Origin: Octopus sinensis
Taxonomy: Eukaryota
Direction: 5' to 3'
Assembly: GCF_006345805.1 (NCBI RefSeq)
Contig: NC_043002.1
Location: 2,542,001-2,606,000, forward strand
DNA: 64,000 bases
Shown here: one piece after another, positions 39,136 to 52,060 of the stretch
How the letters are laid out: each line of letters opens with the position of its first letter
How positions within the stretch are numbered: position 1 is the stretch's first letter
Program-made: the position numbers and the translations under genes
The notes under the pieces: generated by a model
What the model was told of the DNA's origin: nothing
The model's input: only the letters and a program-made list of their open reading frames with translations
Database searches by the model: none

Positions 39136-40564
39136 GCTACACATATGAAGACATACGAGCATTAAAAGGTCCCTAAAAGAATGTGAAGTCAGTAGAACTT
39201 GATCCCCAAGATTTCTGTTGTCAAAAAATATTCCCGGCAGAACGTAATTGCTTGAATGGTAAATATGACGATCACTACATTGGTAAAACTTAGTTGGTCT
39301 GAGAGCGAGAAATTCTCTTACCAGTTCCAGATTGGCTACAAACAACTGCTAAGAAGATTTTGTGCAATGAAAGTGCTTTTGTATAATGATACAAAGAAGA
39401 AATTTTCGAAAAATTTTAATTACAGCTAACTCAACGCGGATTGGCTGTCAATGCACCAATGAAATACGATTTGTAATGATACTGTGAAGTTAATTCGAAA
39501 AATATTGAAACTTTGATTTACACTGAAACGTCTGCTGACTTGAAACTCTGAGGAATTTGTATGACCAATCGATTCTCAAGCCAAGAACTTGTAAAAGAAC
39601 TATCCGTCTTCATATTTGGAACTTTGGAGAGAATGGTACAATTGTGATTCCAATTATTGAAGATCTTTGGTGAAAACCTAACTTTAGTATTCAGTATAAG
39701 ACAATCGCGTTAAGAATACGAACAAAAGATTTGTTTTGTTTTATTGTTTTAATCCGAAGATAATAAAGTCAGTTCGATAATCGAACTCGTTGTACAAGTG
39801 TTCTATTTTGGTTGATTTTATGAAACGCTGGTAGACATTTCTTTTCTTCTACATTCTAAAGATGCGCTGAGATACCGGTTGTAAGGAATATCGAGCAGAG
39901 GCGACCAGTCTCTGTTGATTCTACAAAGACCGCTATGCAGAACTCTTCACAAATAAAAGATGTTGAACGATATTTCAGAATAACAATTGGCAGAATATCA
40001 CGCACGGGCTTACAGATTACTTCCAAATATACATCACGTGCATCCAGGGATACGTGCAATGTCTTTGCTCTGTCTCTTCCACCGTTTCTACGTTGTGTCG
40101 GCTTCTCGGAATTTTCTAAATGTCTCTGGTTTCCATTGTGTTGTTTATTTCTTCGTCAGACATTTCTTTTTATCCACATCTGCAAGAATGGAAAATTGTC
40201 ATAGCTTTTGTAGACTTTCAGAGACCCGAGACAGTGAGGCAGCTAACGTTGTGCTAAAACTGTTAAAAGACACGATTCTAAGAAAACATCCAAAGAGAAA
40301 ATTTCTCAGAATCGCTCTTCAAAACTAGATCCACGCTTCCCGCGTTTACATTTGCCTTACTCCGGTCGATGGAGAACCTCACACAGATCTGTCTATTCTT
40401 GCGGGAGCATATAGAACACCACCATTTTTTTTTTTGTTGAAAACAAGAAATACGCCATCTTCCTTATTGATAAATTCTTCGATCAAAAAGACACTTTTTT
40501 TTTCTTTTTCTTTTCTTACATTCGTCGTCCGTTTCTTCATTCCCTCAATTCGAGTCTCCCATAG

Positions 40565-40622
40565 ATGTTGGGATAGTACTACTGGATAGAGGATTCATCA
40601 CCGTTCTCTTCTGGAACCGACG
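40565..40622 (+). other. Candidate exon (unidentified)
   Basis: Pyrimidine tract and ...ctcccatAG acceptor, GTAAGG donor; only the phase-1 frame is open (VGIVLLDRGFITVLFWNR). Confidence 0.25.
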
Positions 40623-40689
40623 GTAAGGCAGGTTTTCCAGCCAAGCTCGCACCTGTAATCAGTGGCATGAACGGCACTGGAATTGCAAT

Positions 40690-41100
40690 CAACTACCAAT
40701 AATTGCAGGATTTATGGGACTTCCCCAAAAAGACTGACCATTTTGCTGAAGCCAGGCCAGATATCATTAGAGATGATAGCAGAAACAAAAATAATGTAAG
40801 GTGACTGGAGTTTGGGAAAGAATAGATCAGTGGAATGGATAGCAAAGAAGTTGGGAAAACTGAGGAGGGTTTGGCGAGAGAGATGAAGCGAGTGTGTAAG
40901 ACTAAGATGACAATTATTCCAGTTGTATTTGGCACAACTCCGAAACTGTTACAAAAGAGGCTGAAGAATATTGAAACTCAGACGCACGTTGTCAACCTGC
41001 AGAAAAGCACAGCCTTGCATCTGGAAGGAGTCTAAGACAGGTCCTGGAGGTTTGGGAGATATTGTTAGCAAACCTCAAGAAATCATTCTTGCTGATTAAA
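40690..41100 (+). mobile_element. 3' fragment of a second R4/Dong-like RLE family followed by (GAA)n
   Basis: LWDFPKKTDHFAEARPDII (PD motif), EGLAREMKRVCKTKMTIIPVVFG, LQKSTAL; decayed. Confidence 0.7.
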
Positions 41101-41104
41101 GAAG

Positions 41105-41541
41105 AATATGAGGAAGAAGAAGAAGAAGAAGAAGAAGAAGAAGAAGAAGAAGAAGAGAAGAAGAAGAAGAAGGAGAAAAAGAAGAAGAAGAAGAAGAAGA
41201 AGAAGAAGAAGAGAAGAAGAAGAAGAAGAAGAAGAAGAAGAAGAAGAAGAAGAAGAAGAAGAAGAAGAAAAGAAGAAGAAGAGGAGGAGGAGGGGAAGAG
41301 GTGAAGTAGGGGAGGAGAAAGAAGAGGAAGAGGACAAGAAGAAAGGTGGAGGAAGAGGAAAATAGAGAGAAAGAGGAAATTAGGAGGAGGAGGACGACGA
41401 AAAGAAGCGTTTCAAATTTTGGTACTTATTTTATCGAACCCAAAAATGCAAAATTTACCTCAGCGGAATTTGAACTCAGAACGGAGGGAACACTGCTATG
41501 CATTCTTCCAGCTCACCACCTTAATAATAGTAGTATTATTG

Positions 41542-41628
<87 letters not shown>

Positions 41629-41633
41629 GCAAC

Positions 41634-41664
<31 letters not shown>

Positions 41665-41700
41665 TAATAATATAATAATAATAATAATATCAATAATAGT
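41105..41700. repeat. (GAA)n tract (41105-41290) and (AAT)n tract (41540-41700)
   Basis: Direct observation. Confidence 0.95.
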
Positions 41701-42294
41701 AATAAAAACAACTTATTTTCTACGAAGATTTTCGGAGTCTTTGAAATATTTGTGTTTTAGTATGAACTGGAAATTCAATAGCATTTATAGATCGAAGGTA
41801 ATAGAAAGATCAGCCAAGCGCCTCACCTTGGGCCATCGAAAACTAATTTATCACAGAAAAGATATTCTCCGTAATTATACTTGCCGCATTTTTATCAAGA
41901 CTTTCTTACAACCAATGTTTTCTAACCTATTACTCCGGTTGCATGGCTCAGATCTAAGATCGATTCCAATAGAAAAAAAAAAACACACACACACACACAC
42001 ACACATTGATCCACTCTATCGGATATTATCATCTGTGTTATCAACAACTGAAGAATTCTATTATTTGTTGATCAATGGTTATTCCTATCACCCAACAGAC
42101 ATCAATGGTTGTTTCTCTTATAGAACAGAGATAAACACTGAGCTGCGTCTCCAAATCGGATTCCTTTTTTTTCCCAGTCGAACCAAATCCTCTTCTCTGA
42201 CACACTTTTAATGTTCTTCGCGAAAAACATTCTTGCTACAAGAGTTCATTAGTCCACAAGAATTTAGAGCTTCTTACCGAACCAAAGAAAATCG

Positions 42295-43070
42295 TTAGGT
42301 TGTTGTTGTTGTTCTTGTTGCGGTGGTGGTGGTGGTGATGATGATGATGGTGGTTATTGATGTTGTGGCTTTGTTGTTCTTGTTGCTGTTGTAGTTGTTG
42401 TGGTGGTGGCGGTGGTGGTGGTGGTGGTGGTGGTGGTGGTTATTGATGTTGTTGTTGTTGTTATTATTATTGTTTTTTTATGTTGTTGCTGTTTTTGTTG
42501 ACTTGTATTATTGTGATCATTGTGGTTTGTATGTGGGTTTTGTGTTTATTTTGTTGCGATGGTGGTGGTGGTGGTAGTGGTGGTGGTGGTGGGGTGGTGG
42601 TGTGGTGGTGGTAGTGCTGGTGGTGGTGGTATTGCTGGTGGTGGTGGTAGTGGTGGTGGTGGTAGTGGTGGTGGTGGTGGTGGTGGTGGTAGTGTTAGTG
42701 GTGGTGGTGGTGGTGGTGGTGGTGGTGGTGGTGGTGGTGGTGTGGTGGTGGTGGTGGTGGTGGTGGTGGTAGTGGTGGTGGTGTGGTGGTGGTAGTGGTG
42801 GTGGTGGTGGTGGTAGTGGTTGTGGTGGTGGTGTAGTGGTGGTGGTGGTGGTGGTGGTGGTGGTAGTGTTAGTGGTGGTGGTGGTGGTGGTGGTGGTGGT
42901 GGTGGTGGTGGTGGTGGTGGTGGTGGTGTTGGTGGTTGTGGTGGTGGTGGTGTGGTGGTGGTGGTAGTGGTGGTGGTGGTGGTGGTGGTGGTGTGTTGGT
43001 GGTTGTGGTGGTGGTTGTGGTGGTGGTGGCGTTGGTGGTGGTGTTGGTGGTGGTGGTGGTGGTGATTGAT
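42295..43070. repeat. (GGT)n/(GTT)n trinucleotide array
   Basis: Direct observation; explains the poly-G/V/W/T/P/H ORFs. Confidence 0.95.
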
Positions 43071-46000
43071 GTATGTTTCGACCCAAATCAACCTTAATTG
43101 GACAGATCTCTAATTAAAAGCGTTTCAGCCATCCTAATCCCTCAAATAGAGCGACATTTGAGGGCGATTTAGCTGCTATTTATAGCAGGCGAGTGGTGGC
43201 CATGCAGAGAATCTCTACTTCGCTCCGATGCCAAATCTTATAAAGATCAACTCCAGACGACGTGATAAGGAAATTCGCTTTTAGCTTTGATTGGGTCCAA
43301 CAAGATTTCTTTCGCCATTGAAAGCTATGTCCTCCTTCTGCCTCATTAAATGATGTTGAAGATCTGCTTGATTCAACACTCGCTGCACACCACTCGGCAT
43401 CGCCTCAACTCAGAATTTCTCTTTCATTAAATAACGTAGATTAGTTTCTGTTTGCACTTGCTACGCAGTATTCACCATTCTCCAAACAATCTTACTTTCG
43501 TTTGATTAGGCAAATGTCTCAAAGGTATCGATTATGGATGCGAATCAAAGGTATCGATTACGGTTGCCAATTAATACCGCGTCGTAGTTTCGACTTGAGG
43601 ATTTTTAGCTTTTGGTTTAAGTAGCTGCTTGCCACTTTTTAGAAACAAAAGACTTTTTTTTTTCAATTCAACTTGTGCTTTTTTACTTATGAAAGGCTGT
43701 GACAGTCGTGGTTGAATTCAAACGCAGAGAATGAAAGTGCAGAAAAAAGCTGATCCTTGTTTCAGAGCCAGAAAGTATTCCCCCACCCAAAAGCTCAAAT
43801 GAGGTCCACATTGAAACACTGAACCCGTATCTGGGGTGACACCACTACTACAACCATACATCATGAACAGCAACCAGAGAAGAAATACTTGACTAAGTGA
43901 TAGTCAACCACTAAGACTCCATGCTGTCTTCTGTCTTCTGTTTCAGATCTATCTCTCTCTACAATTGCATCTAAATATCGGATAGGTTAGTCTCTTACTT
44001 CCACTTTCTTAAACCATCGGCCTCTTCGTTACGTCTCGTCATTCTTGGTGAGCACACCCTGCTCGACCGTGCAGCAACCATTATTCTCATTCCTCAGTCA
44101 CAGGTTCTGCCCCAAATTCAACACAAAAAAAAAAAGAAAGAAATCTAGCACCTTATAAGAGATACGATATGGCAATTCTCCGACCTGCTAAGGACCATTA
44201 TAATTAAATATAATTCCTCACGAATTAATAACGGAAAATAATGTTATCGAATATTCTAGAATAATTTCATTAAAACGTACGTATAATTACTTTAATATAT
44301 AATCTTATATCTCTGTAAATATTTCCCGCCTATTCCATAACTGATTCGGTCTCGCATTAAATGGTCTCTTAAAACGTTTTATGTAAATATGATATGGTGT
44401 GTAAAGTTTAGGCGGTGATGACACCGTTGCCAGATGGCTAAATTAGGTATCGCATAATCGGTGAAAGATTAACATGTTACCAACATATTTTACCAAATCT
44501 CCTTCCCACTTATGGAGAACAGAAGCAACGAGGCAAACCTACATCTCTCTTTAGTGAATGTCTTAGATCTCTTCAGTGATTAGCGAAAATTTTCAAATGC
44601 CACATATTAGCAACACACAGATATTCTGATATACAGAGAGAATATCATTTCTTTCTTTTTCGTTAGAAGAAGCTTTTTTTCTTTTCATTTTCTAGAAGAT
44701 TCGAAAGAACGCAACACTCTTTCGCATATTGACTCAACAACTTTTGGTTGGTTTGCAATTTGTTAGCTTACAACGACACCAAATTATTAACAAGCGACGC
44801 ATTCTGTTTCTGCTACATTAAACATCTCTAATGTTTTCGGCTCAAGTACTTTCTTTCTTTTAAGCTTTCACAAAATCAGAAGTTATCACAGAACGCAGGA
44901 ATTGGTTATTTTTACTTGTTTATGTTCTTTGATAGATAACGCTACCCAAATACCAAGGTATATTTTTTGTCGGTTGGCGCGGAGTCAACGATAACATAAT
45001 CTGTAGGGCACAGTTTATCCCTGAGTAGAGGCGTCAGTAAATTCTTCAACCGTTATTCAAATTATCGTATTTGTTCTGTAGACATTTAAAATATAAATTT
45101 TGGCTTTCTTAAGATGCGCCACCAGAAACAAACAGATGCGCGCGCACACACACACGCACAAATACGTATAATAGGAGGGAGGGGGGAAAAGGAGAAATAT
45201 TTGGCTCCTTAAAAGCTCATCCTAAAATTCACATTTGCTTTCGAAATTTCTAGTATTTTCGTCAACTTCTCCAATTTCAGCAACCCTCAAAACTATAGAG
45301 ATGTGCTTTTATTTTTGTTCGACAACTGCTCCACCCTTATATGTGTTATCTTCTTTATCTTACTTTCGCTCCTTCTCCATATTGTCATCATCAACGTCAC
45401 CACCATCATCAACATCAACATCATCATTATCATCATCATCATCAACAACATCATCATCATCCCCACAACTATAAAAGCTAATTTTAACTTGTCCATCATT
45501 TCTGTGTAATTGTTATTTTCACGTTACCCGAATAACAATATTGTTTGCATATATTTTTTTTTCCATATGTGTGCCTATGTAAATATGTATCAAATATGTG
45601 TGTGAGAGTGTGTATATATGTATGAATTAAGTATGTGTTACATAAATCTACTGTACTATACCAATATTACATATATATATATATATATATATATATACGC
45701 ACATATATATATGTGTATGTTTGTCTGTATGTATGTATGTGTGTCCGTATGTATGTATGTATGTATGTATGTATGTATGTATGTGTGCGTGCCTGTATGC
45801 ATGTTAATGTTTCTTTTTATGTCGAGTTATAATAAAAACAGTTTACTGTGGAATTAAAGAATTACTCGACGCTTTTTAGAAGTGCAAATATTTATTTTAC
45901 TTTTACAAGACAATGACAGTGATATCGAAGTTTAGGCCAGGTAGCCTACCTAAGGCTTTCTGATGAAATCCAGCAGACCTATGAAGTCTAGCACGCCGCA

Positions 46001-46946
46001 ACTTCGAAGTCTCTGTCTACACTCTTTTTGTAAAACTATATGTTTTATCTTCGGCGCTCCGTCGGTTACGACGACGAGGGTTCCAGTTGATCCGATCAAC
46101 GGAACAGTCTGCTCGTGAAATTAATGCGCAAGTGGCTGAATTTGAATTCAAATCGTAAAAACAGACGAAATACCTTTTTCTTTACAAGGGGCTAAACACA
46201 GAGGGGACAAACAGGGACAGACAAACGGATTAAGTGGATTACATCGAGCCCCCGCCCCCGACGCGCTAACGTTTCTGCCAGCTCGCCGCCTTAGTGAAAT
46301 AAATATTTGGTAAACCTGTGGATAAAAAATGAATGTTAATGAATGCATTTTTTTTTTCTGATTTGATGTTAATCACACACCAACATGCCGCCATCATTGG
46401 CTCACAAACACGTTCTTTCCTCATTTTACAATGGAACATTCGTCTCCCAACTTAGCTGACTGCATTCTCAGATTACTACTAAATCTCCTCTCGATCTCAC
46501 CATTTCTAATGTTTTCTTATTGTGGCCTCACATCGACACAACATCACAAACCCAACAGTAAACAATTTGATCAATATGTGTTCGAGTTGAAAATCAATCA
46601 TATCAATCGATCAATCGCATTAGTTTGAAAGTACACGCAACGATCTCCAGCATTCTTATTCTCTCTCTCTAACAATGAAAAACTAAACAGACTTATGTTC
46701 ATCCGCTTCAAATTTCCCATATAATATAAATATTATACATATATAAATATAACATACGTAGATATCTTTTTATCTTCTTTCTCTCACTTGAAGTTGCGGC
46801 CATGCTGGAGCACTGCCTTGGAAACTTTTTGTCGAATGAATCGATCCCAGTCATTCTATTATATTTTTTTTTCTAAGTTTCATACTTATTCTATCAGTTT
46901 CTTTTGCCGAACCGTTTGTCAGGCAGTGATGTGGACAGATAGATAG

Positions 46947-47085
<139 letters not shown>

Positions 47086-47471
47086 ATATATATACACAGA
47101 TAAAGGGCGAAATATGGGGATATGTTAGTAGACTTTTGTATCTTTCGATGTCGCTCGATCAAAAATATAAGTGTAAGTTTTTCCTAGCATTTCTAGATTT
47201 ATGGGAAATATATGTTGATAAGGAAATGAACTTTACGATTCGATTCCAGAAACGTGCGTCCATAATTAATCCGTAGACTGTGTGGTTTCGTTGTTTTTCT
47301 TTTTCTTTTGCCATATGTGAGTTACAAATATTGTTGTTTGTGGAGACTAATTTTTGTAATAAAAGAAATAGTAGTCCTTTGACTGCTATTTCTAATATTT
47401 TCGGTATGTGGTTTAAGCAACTTGTTGCAAAAAACCCTTATTATTATTATATATTTATTATTATATTATTA

Positions 47472-47547
<76 letters not shown>

Positions 47548-47550
47548 TAT

Positions 47551-47935
47551 CATAGCTGCATCCTCGTTACACGAGAAAAGCCATTTCCAAGAAGATTTAC
47601 AGCAATGGCTCATCATTGATGCCATGTGATGCCCTTATATGATATTTAAGCCCGGCCAAGCTTTTACACACTTTATTACATACTGTACAACTGTGCTGGC
47701 TGGCAGGAGACACAGGTGCCACCATATGCACTCTCTTCACATGTATTTTCAGAGTGCCAGCTGAGAGGCACACCCTTCCACGTTTTACACGTGTTCTGTT
47801 GTGAGTTTTAACAGCCACATCACTGTTTATCATGGGTCGATTCGTGTGAGATTTCTGATGTCTCACCAGGCCTGCATGACTCAAACACCTCTGACCACAA
47901 ACCACACACACAAAAAGCAACACTCTCTCACTTTG
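47551..47935 (-). mobile_element. 3' end of RTE-type LINE with C2H2 zinc fingers
   Basis: CVVCGQRCLSHAGLVRHQKSH and CTVCNKVCKSLAGLKYHIRASH, then a 3' stem-loop ctcg-tgtaa-cgag and a (TA)/(ATA)n tail. Confidence 0.7.
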
Positions 47936-48242
47936 CACATACATACATACATACATACATACATGCATGCATACATGAATACATATGATGGGCTTCTTTT
48001 AGTTTCCTACTACCAAAACCAGTCACAAGACTTTGGTCGGTCCGAGGTTATAATAGAAGATACCATCCTAAGGTTCCATGCAGTAGAACAGAACTCGCAA
48101 CCAGGTGGTTGGGAAGCAAGCTTCTTACCACGGCCACTCCAGCGCCTCCATGTCTGTGCGTGTGTGTGTATGTATGTATGTATGTATGTATGTATGTATG
48201 TATGTATGCATGTATGTGTGTATGTATGTATGTATGTTATGT

Positions 48243-48895
48243 CAGGTCACTTGCGAGTGCTACTGGTGACATGTAACCCAGTACAACCTGTTGCATGGTC
48301 GGGCCGTCGGCGACTAAACCAGCAATCCCACCAAGCTTGCTTGGTGAGGAGGGTGTTTATTGGACACCCTGCGGGATGAAAAACAAAACCTGTCAAAGGG
48401 CGGAGGAACTCTTGAGAGTCAACGGCCATCCAATAAATGTCTTAAGGATGTATCATGCGAGGGGACATAGAAATAATCGGACTGAATACCCGTTCGCGTG
48501 GTTAAACGATTAGGAGTGAAGGACTCCTAGCCTTTGTTAGGGCATCCTTCTAGGAGAAGGTAGCTCAGGTAACTGGGATAACTCCGACATAAAACCTGCG
48601 GCTCAGTGGTTACCGATGATGTTGACTTGTTCTTCTTTTCGGATTATGGCTGCTGTCGCTTAGTGAGTGGGATTGACTCAGTGCACAGCCTTTCCTCACT
48701 TAAAAAAAAATCTTCCTGCACAGGCATTGCACGATAACAACATTGTTCATGATTGTTTATGGTGCTGTGAGTCTCAACTGAATGGCTGGCTGTAGCCTTA
48801 AAAAGCAAATAAAAGTCACATTCGATCACAGCACCAATAACAGTTGAACTTCGTGCAATGGCCATACTCGATAACGAGGGGGCAGCCATCATATA
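48243..48895 (+). mobile_element. ORF-less RTE-derived element (5'-UTR-like part fused to RTE 3' end)
   Basis: The 3' end aatggccatactcgataacgagggggcagccatcata resembles the 47551-47600 RTE end. The 5' part has hairpins and a ctaggagaagg...aactc motif recalled from RTE 5' UTRs. Confidence 0.5.
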
Positions 48896-49346
48896 TCATG
48901 TATGTGCATATGTATACGCATGTACGTGCGTGTGTTTACGACAACATATAGATGTTGTTCTAAATTCCAGTATGCATTTAAAACAAAAAGAAACTCTAAA
49001 AACTCTCTCCCAAACGCCATGCGATTATTGACAGATATGCTTCAGGTTCTGTTCTAAATAACTGCCATTATTTATCCTCGTCTTTCTACGTTCTGCATTC
49101 TCATCCTCCGCAGGTTTTTGAATCTCACGGAAGCCTACTCTACAGAAACCGAAGCTATGAAGCATTGATCTGCTCAAAAGAAATCGATAATATATTGACA
49201 ATATATGCATTACAGTAAGATAGATTTTAGAAGGTGTGGTAGTCATTCCACTCCCAAATGAAGATTCGATTTGGTCAACGAATTCCTGTTGCAGAGTTCT
49301 ACTCACTACAAATCATTTCAATGATTAAATATCCTATTTTTATGAA

Positions 49347-49635
49347 TAGGAAATTCTATGGTGCATGCCATTTCGTAGGAATTCTATGGTGCATGCCCTT
49401 TCGTAGGAATTCTATGGTGCATGCCATTTCGTAGGAATTCTATGGTGCATGCCCTTTCGTAGGAATTCTATGGTGCATGCCCTTCCGTAGGAATTCTATG
49501 GTGCATGCCCTTTCGTAGGAATTCTATGGTGCATGCCCTTTCGTAGGAATTCTATGGTGCATGCCCTTTCGTAGGAATTCTATGGTGCATGCCCTTTCGT
49601 AGGAATTCTATGGTGCATGCCCTTTCGTAGGAATT
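49347..49635. repeat. Minisatellite, 28-bp unit TAGGAATTCTATGGTGCATGCCCTTTCG x10 plus a partial unit
   Basis: Units start at 49347 (29 nt), 49376, 49404 ... 49600; few variants; no spacers. Confidence 0.95.
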
Positions 49636-50019
49636 CTATGGTGCATGCCCTTTCGTAGGAATTAGGGTTCAAGGAGGGATGCGGTTGAAGAGAAATGCTT
49701 GCGATAAGTGTGACCTCTTGTATTTTGATTTCCCATGGCAACCACAAATAACTCCTTTTTCTTTGAGTTTTCCTTTTTTTATCTTTTATATTTTTAGCTA
49801 TTTCAGTCATTGGGCTGCGGCCTTGCTGGAGCACTGCCTTGAAGAATTTTTAATCGAATGAGTCGACACCGAAATCTTTTTTTAAAAGCACAGTACTTAT
49901 TCTATCGGTCCCTTTTGCCGAACTCCTAAGTTATGGGGACGTGAACACACCAACACCAGTTGTCAGTCGGTGTTAGGGACAAACAGACACGCACCCACAC
50001 CCACACACATACATATACA

Positions 50020-50070
<51 letters not shown>

Positions 50071-50072
<2 letters not shown>

Positions 50073-50789
50073 GTGAAGGCGCATGGCTCAGTGGTTAGAG
50101 CGTCGAGCTTACGATCGTGAGGTTGTGAGCTCGAATCCCGGACCGGGCTGCGTGTTGTGTTCTCGAGCAAGGCACTTTATTTCACGTTGCTCCAGTTCAG
50201 TCAGCTGTAGAAATTAGTTGCGACGTCACTGGTGCCAAGCTGTATCGACCTTTGTCTTTCCCTTGGATAACACTGGTGGCGTGGAAAGGGGAGGCTGGTA
50301 TGCATGGGCGACTGCTGGTCTTCCATAAACAACCTTGCCTGGACTTGTGTCTAGGAGGGTAACTTTCTAGGTGCAATCCCATGGTCATTCATGACCGAAG
50401 GGGGTCTTTACCCTTATATATATATATATTATATATATATATATATATATACGTGAAGGCGCATGGCTCAGTGGTTAGAGCGTCGAGCTTACGATCGTGA
50501 GGTTGTGAGCTCGAATCCCGGACCGGGCTGCGTGTTGTGTTCTCGAGCAAGGCACTTTATTTCACGTTGCTCCAGTTCAGTCAGCTGTAGAAATTAGTTG
50601 CGACGTCACTGGTGCCAAGCTGTATCGACCTTTGTCTTTCCCTTGGATAACACTGGTGGCGTGGAAAGGGGAGGCTGGTATGCATGGGCGACTGCTGGTC
50701 TTCCATAAACAACCTTGCCTGGACTTGTGTCTAGGAGGGTAACTTTCTAGGTGCAATCCCATGGTCATTCATGACCGAAGGGGGTCTTT
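50071..50789 (+). mobile_element. Two apparently identical tandem copies of a tRNA-derived SINE (50071-50409, 50451-50789)
   Basis: A box ggctcagtggttagag, B box-like gagctcgaatcc; 380-bp period with (TA)n between the copies. Confidence 0.9.
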
Positions 50790-51834
50790 TATATATATAT
50801 ATATATATATGACAGGCTTCTTTCACTTTCCATCTTCCAAATCTACACACAGGGCTTTGTTTAGCCTGAGGCAATAATAGAAGATGCTTGCCCAATGTGC
50901 CACACAGAAGGTCTGAACCAGGAACCATGTAGTTGGAAGCAAGCTTCTTAGTAAACAGCCACGTCTTCGCCTTTAACCAGCGTGTTCCTGAAATCCCTCT
51001 CCTCCATTCTTTTACGGATCCTTTAAAGTTCATTCCCGTCCCTGCGCCTCCGTAATCTAGGACAAGTAACAGAGACCAGCTGAAGTGATATTTACTTATA
51101 TTTTCAATGGTGCCCATTAATTAAATTTCTCTATGATATCACTCCTATTATTGCTGTTATTTCCCCCTGAATGTTAATAATTAGGACAAGTATCACAGAC
51201 CAAACGAAGTCGTATTTAAATGTTATTTACTAATTGGGTTTCTATACACAGCCTGCGCAGCCTGCGCAGCCGGTCCGTGTTATTTCCCTTGGATGTGAAT
51301 AATTAAAACAAGTCTCAATGACCCTCATACTGTTTGGCCTACTTGTCTGTGTTGCTACTTGTCTGTGTTTGAGTGATTAAGAACGCTACAACTCTGCATG
51401 GAATACATTTTAATGGCTCGGTTCCAGCAGATGTGCATATACATGACATCGGAAGATAATCAATAAGTAAATCGTTCGAAACATGATTTATAAAATGGAA
51501 ATAGAATTAGGTTGAAAACTTGCAAGTTTTTGGTTTGTTTGTCTGTTTTTTTCTTTTCTTTTCTATTCGTGCTAATAATAAATCACATGAAACAGGCAGA
51601 TTAATACCGACAGGAAGTAGCTTCTGCAGGAGATGGCAAACTGCAGCGCAGATATGAATTCTGGGATATCATCTCAACTTCCTGTAGATCTAAAGTAAAA
51701 ACAGCAAACTCAAAATAAGACCCACAAATTATAGGGGAAACATAGAACCCCCCTTGTCTGACTCAATAAATAAAAGGTACATATATTATCAAGTAATGCC
51801 GAATGCCACATATATTCTTTATAAAAACTCAAAA

Positions 51835-52060
51835 TTGGCCCTCCGTCGGTTAAGACAACGAGTGTTCCAGCTGATCCGATCAACGGAAAATCCTCCTCGT
51901 AAAATGAACACGCAAGTGGCTGAGCACTCCACAGACACTTATACCCTTAACGTAGAATGTGACAAGGCTTGTATTACAGATACAACTCATTTTTTCCAAC
52001 TGAGTGAACTGAAGCAGTGTGAAATAAAGTGTCTTGCTCAAGGACACAACGCGTCGCCGA
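51835..52060 (+). mobile_element. SINE-like repeat (related to ~46050-46140)
   Basis: ctccgtcggtta-gac-acgagtgttccag-tgatccgatcaacggaa shared with 46060-46110. Confidence 0.6.

Noticed and set aside
39856-40190. Minus-strand exon after ttttccattcttgcAG
   Set aside because: Each frame meets a stop shortly after the acceptor and no protein family is recognisable.
47597-47968. Host C2H2 zinc-finger gene exon
   Set aside because: It lacks TGEKP linkers and is followed at once by an RTE-type 3' stem-loop and simple-repeat tail, so a LINE C-terminus fits better.
48290-48350. HDV-like ribozyme at the RTE-like 5' end
   Set aside because: GGCGAC and AGCAAT words are suggestive, but P1/P2/P3 pairings could not be assigned.
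49347-49635. CRISPR-like array
   Set aside because: Units are directly adjacent with no unique spacers, the context is eukaryotic and no cas genes are present.
50071-50150. Functional tRNA genes
   Set aside because: The A and B boxes continue into SINE bodies without a complete cloverleaf; these are tRNA-derived SINE heads.
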